DNA from: Candidatus Xenobia bacterium
GTDB taxonomy: Bacteria > Vulcanimicrobiota > Xenobia > Xenobiales > QWHO01
Assembly (NCBI GenBank): GCA_045863235.1
Contig: BTUM01000020.1
Span: 1-64,000 of the forward strand
DNA: 64,000 nucleotides
Direction of reading: 5' to 3'
Below are positions 1 to 7,722 of the stretch, in pieces. Both the position numbers and the translations under genes were made by a program. Each line of letters starts with the position of its first letter. The first letter of the stretch is position 1. The notes below the pieces were generated by a model. The model saw only the letters and a program-made list of their open reading frames with translations. It did not search any database and was not told where the DNA came from.

Positions 1-191
1 TTTCCCTAGCAGGGGCGCCATTGCTGGCTGCCTGTAGGCATCATACCAGCACAAGGGCCCGCAGGCAAAGGTTGGGGCCACACCAGGTTGGATCGCCCGA
101 TATACCGCGCCCTCCTCGCGATATATGGCCTTCACCAAGAGTTTGGATTCTGTAGGCAAAAATACTGTGCAGCTGCTATACAAAACAGGAT

Positions 192-419
192 CTACCATGG
201 CAAATGTGCACCAGTTGTGAGTAATCTCTCGGTGAGGATTCTCCGAGGCAGTGGTTTCTCGGCGAGGCCTGTGAACACTAAAGATATTGCCAGAGCTAGA
301 TAGCAAGGCCAACCACTCCCTCGCATTAAGAACCAATAAAAGGAAAACCAGGACATGGCTACGGTTGCCAGGGCAAAGATCAGAGCTTTCCTGGGGATAT
401 GCATGTTATGGATTCTCAA
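192..419 (-). pseudogene. Small membrane protein, probable degraded immunity-type gene
   Basis: Hydrophobic ORF (MHIPRKALIFALATVAMSWFSFYWF...). Past the TAG at 192-194 the same frame continues as ILFCIAAAQYF, suggesting a nonsense mutation. AT-richer than the rest of the window. Confidence 0.35.
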
Positions 420-488
420 TGGTCATCCCCTCTATTGTGATTTGTGGAGGCCAAACAATCCCTACCGAAGCGTGTTCGGCGCTCAAGT

Positions 489-740
489 CTACTGCCACTG
501 AACCCAACTCTGCTCAAGTATAATTGAGGTGTTCACCTGGTGCCATGGTGAGATACATGGAGGCACACAAAAAGTGGTGGAGGAGTACATTGCTCCTGGA
601 ATTGTATCCAGAATGTATGGATTCTCTGCTAATTCATTCTCAGTCAATGCTCCCTTAAGGCCACGGCCAGGACCCCAGGAAGGAATCATGTACTGCAGCC
701 CGGTCGTGCTGTCATACCGGACCCCGAGCGGGTTCACGAT
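489..740 (-). pseudogene. Rhs-associated core remnant followed by degraded C-terminal sequence
   Basis: LGVRYDSTTGLQYM (728-687) matches the start of the Rhs core motif G.R.D..TGL.Y, but the expected R.YDP..GRF continuation is missing. Confidence 0.45.
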
Positions 741-813
741 GCCCTTAGCGGACCGGCAGTACAACACTTTGAGTTTTCGCGAAGAAGTTGGCGTCTTCCA
801 TTGGTGCTGCGCC

Positions 814-1290
814 CTATCCTCGTCCCGATGGCGGTCTATACTCTCCACGAGACTTAAGCTCCAAGATTCGGGACTCATACTCACTCTCGACTCTATCGAT
901 GTGCTCAACGATGACCTCATTTATGGTTTGTTGTGTTGTCTCAGGAAGGTCAAAGGTCGCCAAAACTTGTCTGGAGATCTCACGCACTGCAGTCAAGTGG
1001 CTTGGGTCTTGCCGGTAGTCTTTGGATTCAGTCAGTTGCCAGAGAACATTGAGGACTTCCCGGCGTGTGTCCTCGTGTGGTGACGAGGCCATCCTGTTAA
1101 GCAATTTCATTAGACTGACCGTATCACCGTCCTCATAGTAATAGGATGCGATTGCACTCCAGGGAGGCAAGAAAGTCTCGTCTGTCGAAATTAAAGACTC
1201 CAAAATTTCAACAAATCGAGACGGTTCAGCATACCTAAACGATAGTGCTTCGCGATATCGCTGATAGCTCAAGAACGCACTCCAGGCCAA
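814..1290 (-). CDS. Hypothetical helical protein (possible orphan immunity protein, 5' end may be degraded)
   Basis: 158-aa ORF with protein-like composition in the AT-richer island; upstream in-frame TAA near 1336. Confidence 0.5.
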   Translation of the reverse strand: MAWSAFLSYQRYREALSFRYAEPSRFVEILESLISTDETFLPPWSAIASYYYEDGDTVSLMKLLNRMASSPHEDTRREVLNVLWQLTESKDYRQDPSHLTAVREISRQVLATFDLPETTQQTINEVIVEHIDRVESEYESRILELKSRGEYRPPSGRG

Positions 1291-1564
1291 TAGGGCGTCG
1301 AAGGCAGAGAAGTGGGTCTCCGAAAATCTAACGCCTTAGGGCACCTGCGCCGAGTCTCTTCGCAATCCTTGGCATCGCGGACAGCCCTGGCGCCCAGTGG
1401 CTGTCTGAAGTTGTCACCTAACGATGGGGTCTTCATTGAAATGCATTTACGGACATTTTGAAGGCATTGCTCCCAGAGTGAACATGGGTTTTGGGGAAGG
1501 CCGTCACACGTATAGAGTTCCCGATGGACAGGGCCGACACCCTTGCGGCAGGCTGGGGGGACGG

Positions 1565-2367
1565 TTAGGAGAGGGGGATGCGACGGCCCAACTCGCGGGC
1601 GTGGGCATTGTAGGAGCGGCGCAGCGTGCGCACGCAGACGCCCAGCTCGTGACACGCCCTCTCCATCGCGTTGTAGCTCATCCGGTGGCCCTGGCGGGTT
1701 ACCAAGAGCGCCTCGCGCTCGAGCGTCAGGCGCGGGGCGCGCGAGACGCAGATACCGCTCCAGGCGCCGGGCCAGCGCTTCCTCGAGGTCGAAGGGCTGG
1801 TAGCCGTCCGGGCCCGGCAGGTGCATTGCGACGGGTAGCTCGAGGTGCGAGACGCAGAGCATGGTCGCCTGGCGCGTGCTCACGGGCAGGTAGAAAGGAG
1901 CGCCAGCAGGGCGCGGTTGCGAAGGCCGGTTGAGGTGCGCTCGCTGGCGTTCAGGATACGGTGCACCTGGTCGCGGGTAAGGAGCGGCTGGCGCGGCTGG
2001 ATCGGCCGGCCCAGCACCAGCTCCACGGTGGGGTCGCGCATCAACCAGCCCGGATCGACAGGCAGGCTCGCACATCCGGAGCGCCTGGTCGATTGTGTTG
2101 GGCGAGAAGAACCCGCCGCCTTTGCGCGGGCTCCACTGCAGGCTGTGTTGGAACTCGTCGAGGCGGGGTTAGCCAGAGCGGCGTCTCCACCTGGTGCTCG
2201 CGGCAAAAGTTGGCGAACAGTGTCAGCCAGCGCGTGCACAGAACGAGTGTCGAGGCCGTCACGCCCTCGCGCTGGCGTTGAGCGAGGTAGGCCTGGATCA
2301 GCCGGTCAAACGTCACGAGGCGAGGCCGCGGGGCTCCTTGCAGAACGCCCGAAAGATCCATCGCCAA
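1565..2367 (-). pseudogene. Frameshifted XerC/XerD-like tyrosine recombinase
   Basis: Successive frames give FDRLIQAYLAQRQREGVTAST (N-domain), LLTRDQVHRILNASERTSTGLRNRALLALL (box I region), EALARRLERYLRLARP, then LLVTRQGHRMSYNAMERACHELGVCVRTLRRSY. At least 3 frameshifts and no catalytic Tyr region. Confidence 0.7.
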
Positions 2368-2532
2368 AGCAATCTCAGCATGCCCCCGCCCCGAGTAGCC
2401 CCGCAGAGGAATGACTCAACCGAGTCAATGAGCTCACTCGTCTGGGTCTTCCTGCTTGGGCGCGCGCAGGCCCAATTGCGCGCTGGCAGGCTTCCCCGGG
2501 CTTGAGCCAGCGGCTTCGCTGAGTCCAGCAGG

Positions 2533-3081
2533 TTACCGGAAGATGGCGTCCACCGAGATGCGAAGCTCGGGCAGAAAGGGAGAGGCCAGCTCGTCTCCCC
2601 GGCAAAAGGTGCGCCAGAGCTCCAGGCCCTCTTTCTGGCGGGAATAGACCGAGACCAGCTCTTCCTGGGGATCGACCAACCACAGCTCGCGTGTGCCGTG
2701 CTTGAAGTAGAGCGCCCGCTTGAGCTCTTCGTCGCGACTGCGAGTAGACGGGGAGAGCACTTCGATGGCGATGTCGGGAGCGCCACGGAGCCCTTCGGAT
2801 TTGAGCACTCCGAGCCGGCGAGTGGAGATGAAGGTCAGATCCGGCTGCACCGTGCTGTACTTATCCAGAATGACATCGAACGGAGCGGTGTACGCACGGC
2901 CTGCCGGGCGCTTCTCCAGGAAGAGGCGGAGCTCGAAGTAGAGATTGCCGCAGATGCGCTGGTGTTTCTCGGTCGGGGCCGGGGTCACGTAAAACTCTCC
3001 TTCGATGAGCTCGCGGCGGTCGCCCTCGGGCAACTGGCAGTAGTGGTCATAGGTGAACCGGACTTCGGTCGTTTCGCTCAT
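2533..3081 (-). CDS. Uma2 family (DUF820) putative PD-(D/E)xK endonuclease
   Basis: FTYDHYCQLPEGDRRELIEGE, P...HQ, VQPDL, APDIAIEVLSPST, ELWLVDP motifs. Confidence 0.9.
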   Translation of the reverse strand: MSETTEVRFTYDHYCQLPEGDRRELIEGEFYVTPAPTEKHQRICGNLYFELRLFLEKRPAGRAYTAPFDVILDKYSTVQPDLTFISTRRLGVLKSEGLRGAPDIAIEVLSPSTRSRDEELKRALYFKHGTRELWLVDPQEELVSVYSRQKEGLELWRTFCRGDELASPFLPELRISVDAIFR

Positions 3082-3100
3082 GCTTTCCAGTGTAACGTGC

Positions 3101-3523
3101 TCATGGCCGCGCAGCAATCCCTTGGGGGCCCTGGGTCCGCGCGCCACGCATCTCCGGAAGGGTGCACCACAGGCAAAGAGCGATGAAGACCGCCTGGAAG
3201 GGGAGGCGAGCCCAGGCCATCCAGGGCTCGGGGGGAAAACCGTTCACCTGGATGTGGTCGGTGGCCATGTAGACGTTGGCCGGAAAGACCGCGACCAGCA
3301 ACGCGACCAGGCCCCAGGCCGCCTTTCGAGCGAGCCGCGGGATGAGCAGGCCCACCCCTCCGAGGATCTCGCACACGCCGGACAGGAGCACCAGCTCCAT
3401 GTGCCAGGGAAGATAGGGGGGCATGATCTGGAGAAAGGGCTCGGGCCGGACCAGGTGAAGCCATCCGATGGAGACAAAGAACATCGCCAGCGCCAGTCGG
3501 ACCAATCCTCGCAGGAAGCTCAT
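3101..3523 (-). CDS. DoxX-like membrane protein
   Basis: GWLHLVRPEPFLQIMPPYLP...SGVCEILGGVGLL...AVFPANVYMA...WARLPFQ typical of this family. Confidence 0.85.
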   Translation of the reverse strand: MSFLRGLVRLALAMFFVSIGWLHLVRPEPFLQIMPPYLPWHMELVLLSGVCEILGGVGLLIPRLARKAAWGLVALLVAVFPANVYMATDHIQVNGFPPEPWMAWARLPFQAVFIALCLWCTLPEMRGARTQGPQGIAARP

Positions 3524-3609
3524 GAAGAGGGGTTCGCCGACGAACGTCCGGACTCCGGGCCGATCGATCAAGCAGCAGGTCGGCCGGCACCGTCTGCACC
3601 CCCGGCCCC

Positions 3610-3802
3610 GCCTGCAACCGGCCGGTCCGCACCGCCCCGGCCTCACCTGCTCCTCGACTCGTCTGCAATCTCGCCTGCAATCGCCCGGTCCGCACCGCCC
3701 CGGCCTCACCTGCTCCTCGACTCGCCTGCAGTCGCCCGGTCCGCACCGCCACGGCCTCGCCTGCTCCTGGCCCCCCACCTGGAACCGCCTGCAATCGCCC
3801 CC
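3610..3802. repeat. Intergenic tandem repeat, ~51-bp unit, 3 copies plus fragments
   Basis: cctgcaatcgcccggtccgcaccgccccggcctcacctgctcctcgactcg recurs at ~3611, ~3674 and ~3725, with partial cctgcaatc units. Confidence 0.85.
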
Positions 3803-3896
3803 CGGCCCCACCAGGTCGTCAGGTCTGCACATGGCCGCCGGCTTTCCGATGGCACTCGCACTGTGTCCGATCCGAAACTGGAACCTGCGAACAAAC

Positions 3897-3930
3897 TTTC
3901 GAAAAATGTACCCGGGTACAAAAATCGAAA
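3897..3930. promoter_or_regulatory. Palindromic putative protein-binding site
   Basis: tttcga-aaaa-TGTACCCGGGTACA-aaaa-tcgaaa: perfect 14-bp core palindrome with symmetric outer arms in an AT-rich intergenic patch. Confidence 0.4.
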
Positions 3931-4004
3931 ACAGAAAGCAAACAATGGCTGCGTTCTAAGGCTCTAACTCGAACATCGTCTGCGGCTCGTGTGGTCGCCG
4001 GAGA

Positions 4005-4703
4005 TCACTCGCTCTTCGTAGCTGCGCCGAGCTCCCACACGGGCGCGCCCAGCTCCTCGACCATGCTGGCGGCCAGGTTGTGCCAGCGCTCGCAGCGGTC
4101 GAGGACAAAGCGGTCGGTGCTGACCACCACCGCGGGGCTCTCGGCCAGCAGCCGGTCGGGGTTGGCCACCAGCTCCACCGTGAAGCCGGCCTGGCGCAAC
4201 CGGGCGGCCAGGCGGCCGCTGTTGGAGACGGGTTGATCGAGCAGCCACTGCACTCCCTGGCAGGGGCGCAGAGCCTGGCGACACAGCTCCACGGCTCGCT
4301 CGGTTTCCGCGACGCGCCGGTAGGAGCCATGCATGCTGGCAAGGTCGCGCACGCAGCCGTCGCAGCCTCGCAGCAGGACCCCGCCGGAAAGGGCCGCCTC
4401 CACCGTGATGAGCAGGTTGAAGCCGTCGATGGCCAGCGACTGTCCGGGCAGATCCTCGACCATGCGGCTGCGCCTGGCAGCTGCCACCGAGGGGGCGCAA
4501 GAGGAACGATAGACGGCCATGCGCTGGCGCTCGGAGAGGGCGTGGCGGTCGCCGACCAGGGTCAGCGAGGCTTTCCCCGAGTAGCCGCGCTCGAGCAGCC
4601 AGCTCAGCTCGGCGGTGGCGAGCTGCAGCCGGGGCAGGGTGTCCTCGTTGAACCAGCGACCGTCCTCGGGGTGTGGTCCGCGGTGGGTGCGCTGGTCGGG
4701 CAT
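4005..4703 (-). CDS. DUF434 domain-containing protein
   Basis: MPDQRTHRGPHPED...LLERGY...VGDRHAL...IDGFNLLITVEAALSGG...DGCVRDLASMHGSY...LDQPVSNSGRL. Confidence 0.85.
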   Translation of the reverse strand: MPDQRTHRGPHPEDGRWFNEDTLPRLQLATAELSWLLERGYSGKASLTLVGDRHALSERQRMAVYRSSCAPSVAAARRSRMVEDLPGQSLAIDGFNLLITVEAALSGGVLLRGCDGCVRDLASMHGSYRRVAETERAVELCRQALRPCQGVQWLLDQPVSNSGRLAARLRQAGFTVELVANPDRLLAESPAVVVSTDRFVLDRCERWHNLAASMVEELGAPVWELGAATKSE

Positions 4704-4742
4704 CTTCAGAGGTTTTTCAGCTCCCCAGGCTATCCTCTTGGG

Positions 4743-5759
4743 GTGATTGTCCGTCCGCTCGCCGCCGCTCCGGCGCCCCCGCCCGCTCAGGCGCCCGCCA
4801 GACCGTACAGCCCGCTCGACCGCTTCGAGCCCGAGAGTCCCACACAGCGGGCCATGGGCACCATCGGGGCGGGCGTGGGGGCCCTGCTCGGCCGTCTGGC
4901 CGTGCCCACCGTGGCCACCGTGATCGGGGCCCAGGTAGGCGCCTCCACGCTCGGCCCCTTCGGAGGAATCATCGGGGGGGTTGTGGGTCTGGCGGCCGGC
5001 GGCTTCGTCGAGTTCCGCAACCGCCAGTATCAGGGCGTCGTACCCGTGGGTCGCTTCTTTGGCGGCATGCTTGGGGGCATCGCGGGAGCCTCCCTGGGCG
5101 CCACCTTCGATCGGCTCGGGCTGAACCTGACCAGCGAGCGGATGCGCAAGGAGACGGAGGGCTTCTCGCTGGCCAGGCTGAGTGGCCGGCTGCTGGATGT
5201 GGGCTACACCTCTCACGAGACCCTGTCCTCCGAGCGCATCGAGGAGTTCAAGTCCAAGCTCCAGCCGGGCGACATTGTCATCACCAATCATGACAAGTGG
5301 CTCGATCTCGAGATCCCGGAAGTGCTGCTGGGCATCGGTGGAGCCTGGACGCACACGGCCGTCTATGTGGGCAACGGCGACGTGGTGGAGGCGCTCTGGG
5401 GAACCGGCGTGGGCAAGCGCCCGGTGGATGAGCTGCTGGCTGAGAACCACCACGCCCGCATCCTGCGTCCGGCCTACAAGACGGACCAGGACGCCCAGGC
5501 GGCCGCCGACGAGGCCCTCAGGCACGTGGGTGCCGGATACGATGCGAAGTTCGACCTCAAGAGCGACGAGTCGTTTGGCTGCGTGGAGCTGGTCTACAAG
5601 GCCGTGGGCCGGGCGGCCCCTTACCTGGACATGAAGCCGCACAAGCTCTTTGGCAAGGAGTTCCTGTCCCACAAAGTGTTCAATCGCTCGCCCGACATGA
5701 CCGTGGTCGAGGATACCGGCTCGAGCTTTCTCTACAACTACCTGTCAAAGTTCTCCTGA
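4743..5759 (+). CDS. Permuted papain-like amidase (YiiX/YebB NlpC/P60) with N-terminal glycine-zipper region
   Basis: LQPGDIV...WTHTAVYVGNG.VVEA...YD..FD...GCVELV (His precedes Cys); GxxxG-rich hydrophobic N-half; GTG start inferred. Confidence 0.8.
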   Translation: MIVRPLAAAPAPPPAQAPARPYSPLDRFEPESPTQRAMGTIGAGVGALLGRLAVPTVATVIGAQVGASTLGPFGGIIGGVVGLAAGGFVEFRNRQYQGVVPVGRFFGGMLGGIAGASLGATFDRLGLNLTSERMRKETEGFSLARLSGRLLDVGYTSHETLSSERIEEFKSKLQPGDIVITNHDKWLDLEIPEVLLGIGGAWTHTAVYVGNGDVVEALWGTGVGKRPVDELLAENHHARILRPAYKTDQDAQAAADEALRHVGAGYDAKFDLKSDESFGCVELVYKAVGRAAPYLDMKPHKLFGKEFLSHKVFNRSPDMTVVEDTGSSFLYNYLSKFS

Positions 5760-6695
5760 GCGACGAAGCCAGTAGACCGAGAAGCTGGGCAGCCAGTGGG
5801 TTCCCATGTATGTGGCTCCCTCCAACCAGCTCATGCCCGCCCGGCCGTGCTCGCGCGCCCGCTCGAACAGGCTCTCCCGGCGCGGATGGCCTTCGGGCAG
5901 AGCCCGGGCCACGCCCCACAGCATCCAGGCCCGGCTCAGGTTGAGCCCGTCGAAGTGCACCAGCTTGCCGTCCGAGCGGCTGGCGGGGCGCACGGGGCGC
6001 AGATCGACCTCGGGCAGAAAGCCCTCCAACCAGTCGGCGTATGCCCCGGGGTCGAGTAACCGGGCCATCAGGTCGGCCTCGGCCAGGGCCGGGGAGAGAA
6101 AGTCGTAGGCCGAAGGCTCGTAGGCAAGCGGCGCCTGCTGGTCGGAGCGGTAGAATTGGAGGGCTTTCTCGCGCACGGTCTGGCGCAGCGGGTGCGCACG
6201 CCGCACCGCCCAGTCATAGACCAGGCCCATTCCAAAGGCGCTCTGGGAGTGCTCGCCGGTGCGGATAGGGTAGGGGAGGCTCTCGAGCCAGACCTGGAAG
6301 CGCTCGCCTGCCAGCCGCTCGAGCGGCTCCAGCACCGGGTTGGGGAAATCGCCCGCCAGTTGCAGCAACCAGGCGATGCCGTAGGGCATCTCAAAGCTGG
6401 GCCGGCTCTCCAGGTAGGCCAGTTCGCCGGCCACCTTCTCGGCCGTGAAACTCAGGGCCAGAAGAGAGCGCGCCTGCTCGACCAGCTCGGCGGAGGCCCG
6501 CTCGAGCAGGCAGAGGGCGCACCAGTGGCTGTGCACGGCCGAGTGCCAGTCGTAGCAGCCAAAGAAGAGGGGCGTAAGCTGGCGCGGGGGGCGTGCGTCG
6601 GCATCGCTCTCCAGCGAATGCACGATCTTGCCCGGATACTCGCGGTGCAGGTTGGCCAGCACCGGCTCGAGCAGCCGGTCGATCAGCCCAGGCAT
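5745..6695 (-). CDS. DUF2891 domain-containing protein
   Basis: REYP...FFGCYDWHSAVHSHW...FEMPYG.AWLL...RTGEHSQSAF...DFLSPAL.EA...DGKLVHFDGLNLSRAW...YMGTHWLPSF. Confidence 0.9.
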   Translation of the reverse strand: MPGLIDRLLEPVLANLHREYPGKIVHSLESDADARPPRQLTPLFFGCYDWHSAVHSHWCALCLLERASAELVEQARSLLALSFTAEKVAGELAYLESRPSFEMPYGIAWLLQLAGDFPNPVLEPLERLAGERFQVWLESLPYPIRTGEHSQSAFGMGLVYDWAVRRAHPLRQTVREKALQFYRSDQQAPLAYEPSAYDFLSPALAEADLMARLLDPGAYADWLEGFLPEVDLRPVRPASRSDGKLVHFDGLNLSRAWMLWGVARALPEGHPRRESLFERAREHGRAGMSWLEGATYMGTHWLPSFSVYWLRRSGEL

Positions 6696-7624
6696 GCCCC
6701 GGCGATGGCCTGGACGTGGCGAAGGTCGGTGCCGCAACAGCCGCCCATCACCCTGAGGTGGGGCAGACGCGCGAGCAGCTCGCGATGCTGGCGGCCCAGC
6801 TCGTCGGGGTTGCCCTCGTCCAGCTCGGTGCTCTCGTTGAGCTCGGCGTGGCTTCGGGTGGAGGCGTTGGCCCGCAGCCCGCGGATCCGCTCCACCCAGC
6901 CTCGTGGCCGCAGCGCAGCCTCGAAATGGGTGGGATGGGCGCAGTTGATCATGTAGTAGGCGGGAGCGCCACCTGTCAGGCCGTCTACCTCCTCGATGGC
7001 TTCCTGCAGGCCCTGGCCGTTGGGAAGCCGGCCATCGGTCTCGACCGTGAACGAGATGACCACCGGCATGTCCACCGCCCGAGCGGCCCGCGCGATGCCG
7101 GTGGCCTCGGCCGCTGTGGTCATGGTGAAGGCTGAGACGAAGTCGGCCTCGGTCTGGCTGAAGAGCGTGACCTGGGCGGCATGGTAACGTTCGAACTCTT
7201 CGGCCGAGTACGTCTGGTCGGGCTGGTAACCGTCGCCGCGAGGGCCTACGCAGGCGCTGATGACCATGGGGCTGGAGGGTGTCTCCAACTCCTCACGGAC
7301 CTCCAGCATCAGCTGCACTGAGCGGTGGTTGGCCCGGGCCAGGCTCTCCCCGTCGTAGCCGAGCTTTCGCCCCCACTCGGGGCTGGAGCGCCAGCTGGGG
7401 CTCTCGAGGATGAAGCCCACTCCCCTGTCGCGGGCCAGCCGGGCGTAGAGGCGGTAGTAGTCGCGCAGGCGGGTGTAGCCGTCGGGGTCGGACAGGAGAT
7501 GGAAAGCAGCGAACTCGGGTAGCTCGACTCCCTGATGGAAGATGAGCGTGGTCTCGAGCCCTCCATCGGTCAAGAAGAGCTGGTCCGAGTCAAGCTGGGG
7601 CAGGCGGTGGCGATACTTTGGCAT
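6683..7624 (-). CDS. Homocysteine S-methyltransferase family protein
   Basis: LTDGGLETTL, GPRGDGY, SFTVETDGRL, MINCAHP and GGCCGT Zn-binding motifs. Confidence 0.9.
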   Translation of the reverse strand: MPKYRHRLPQLDSDQLFLTDGGLETTLIFHQGVELPEFAAFHLLSDPDGYTRLRDYYRLYARLARDRGVGFILESPSWRSSPEWGRKLGYDGESLARANHRSVQLMLEVREELETPSSPMVISACVGPRGDGYQPDQTYSAEEFERYHAAQVTLFSQTEADFVSAFTMTTAAEATGIARAARAVDMPVVISFTVETDGRLPNGQGLQEAIEEVDGLTGGAPAYYMINCAHPTHFEAALRPRGWVERIRGLRANASTRSHAELNESTELDEGNPDELGRQHRELLARLPHLRVMGGCCGTDLRHVQAIAGACLG

Positions 7625-7722
7625 ACCCGGTCGGTTCGCATCCCTGCGCCTCCTCCCTGCGAAAGATCCGCGAAAGGTCCCTCTCGTAAGCTGGTCCCAC
7701 AAGAAAACCAGGGAGGACCCCG

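Noticed and set aside
3610..3802. Possible CRISPR array
   Set aside because: Units are contiguous with no unique spacers, and there are no cas genes in the window.
3524..3832. Cys/Arg-rich N-terminal extension of DoxX
   Set aside because: Arises from the tandem repeat; family similarity starts only at MSFLRG (3523).
7625..7722. SAM/SAH riboswitch upstream of the homocysteine methyltransferase
   Set aside because: Only ~100 bp of divergent intergenic DNA, with no recognisable aptamer consensus.
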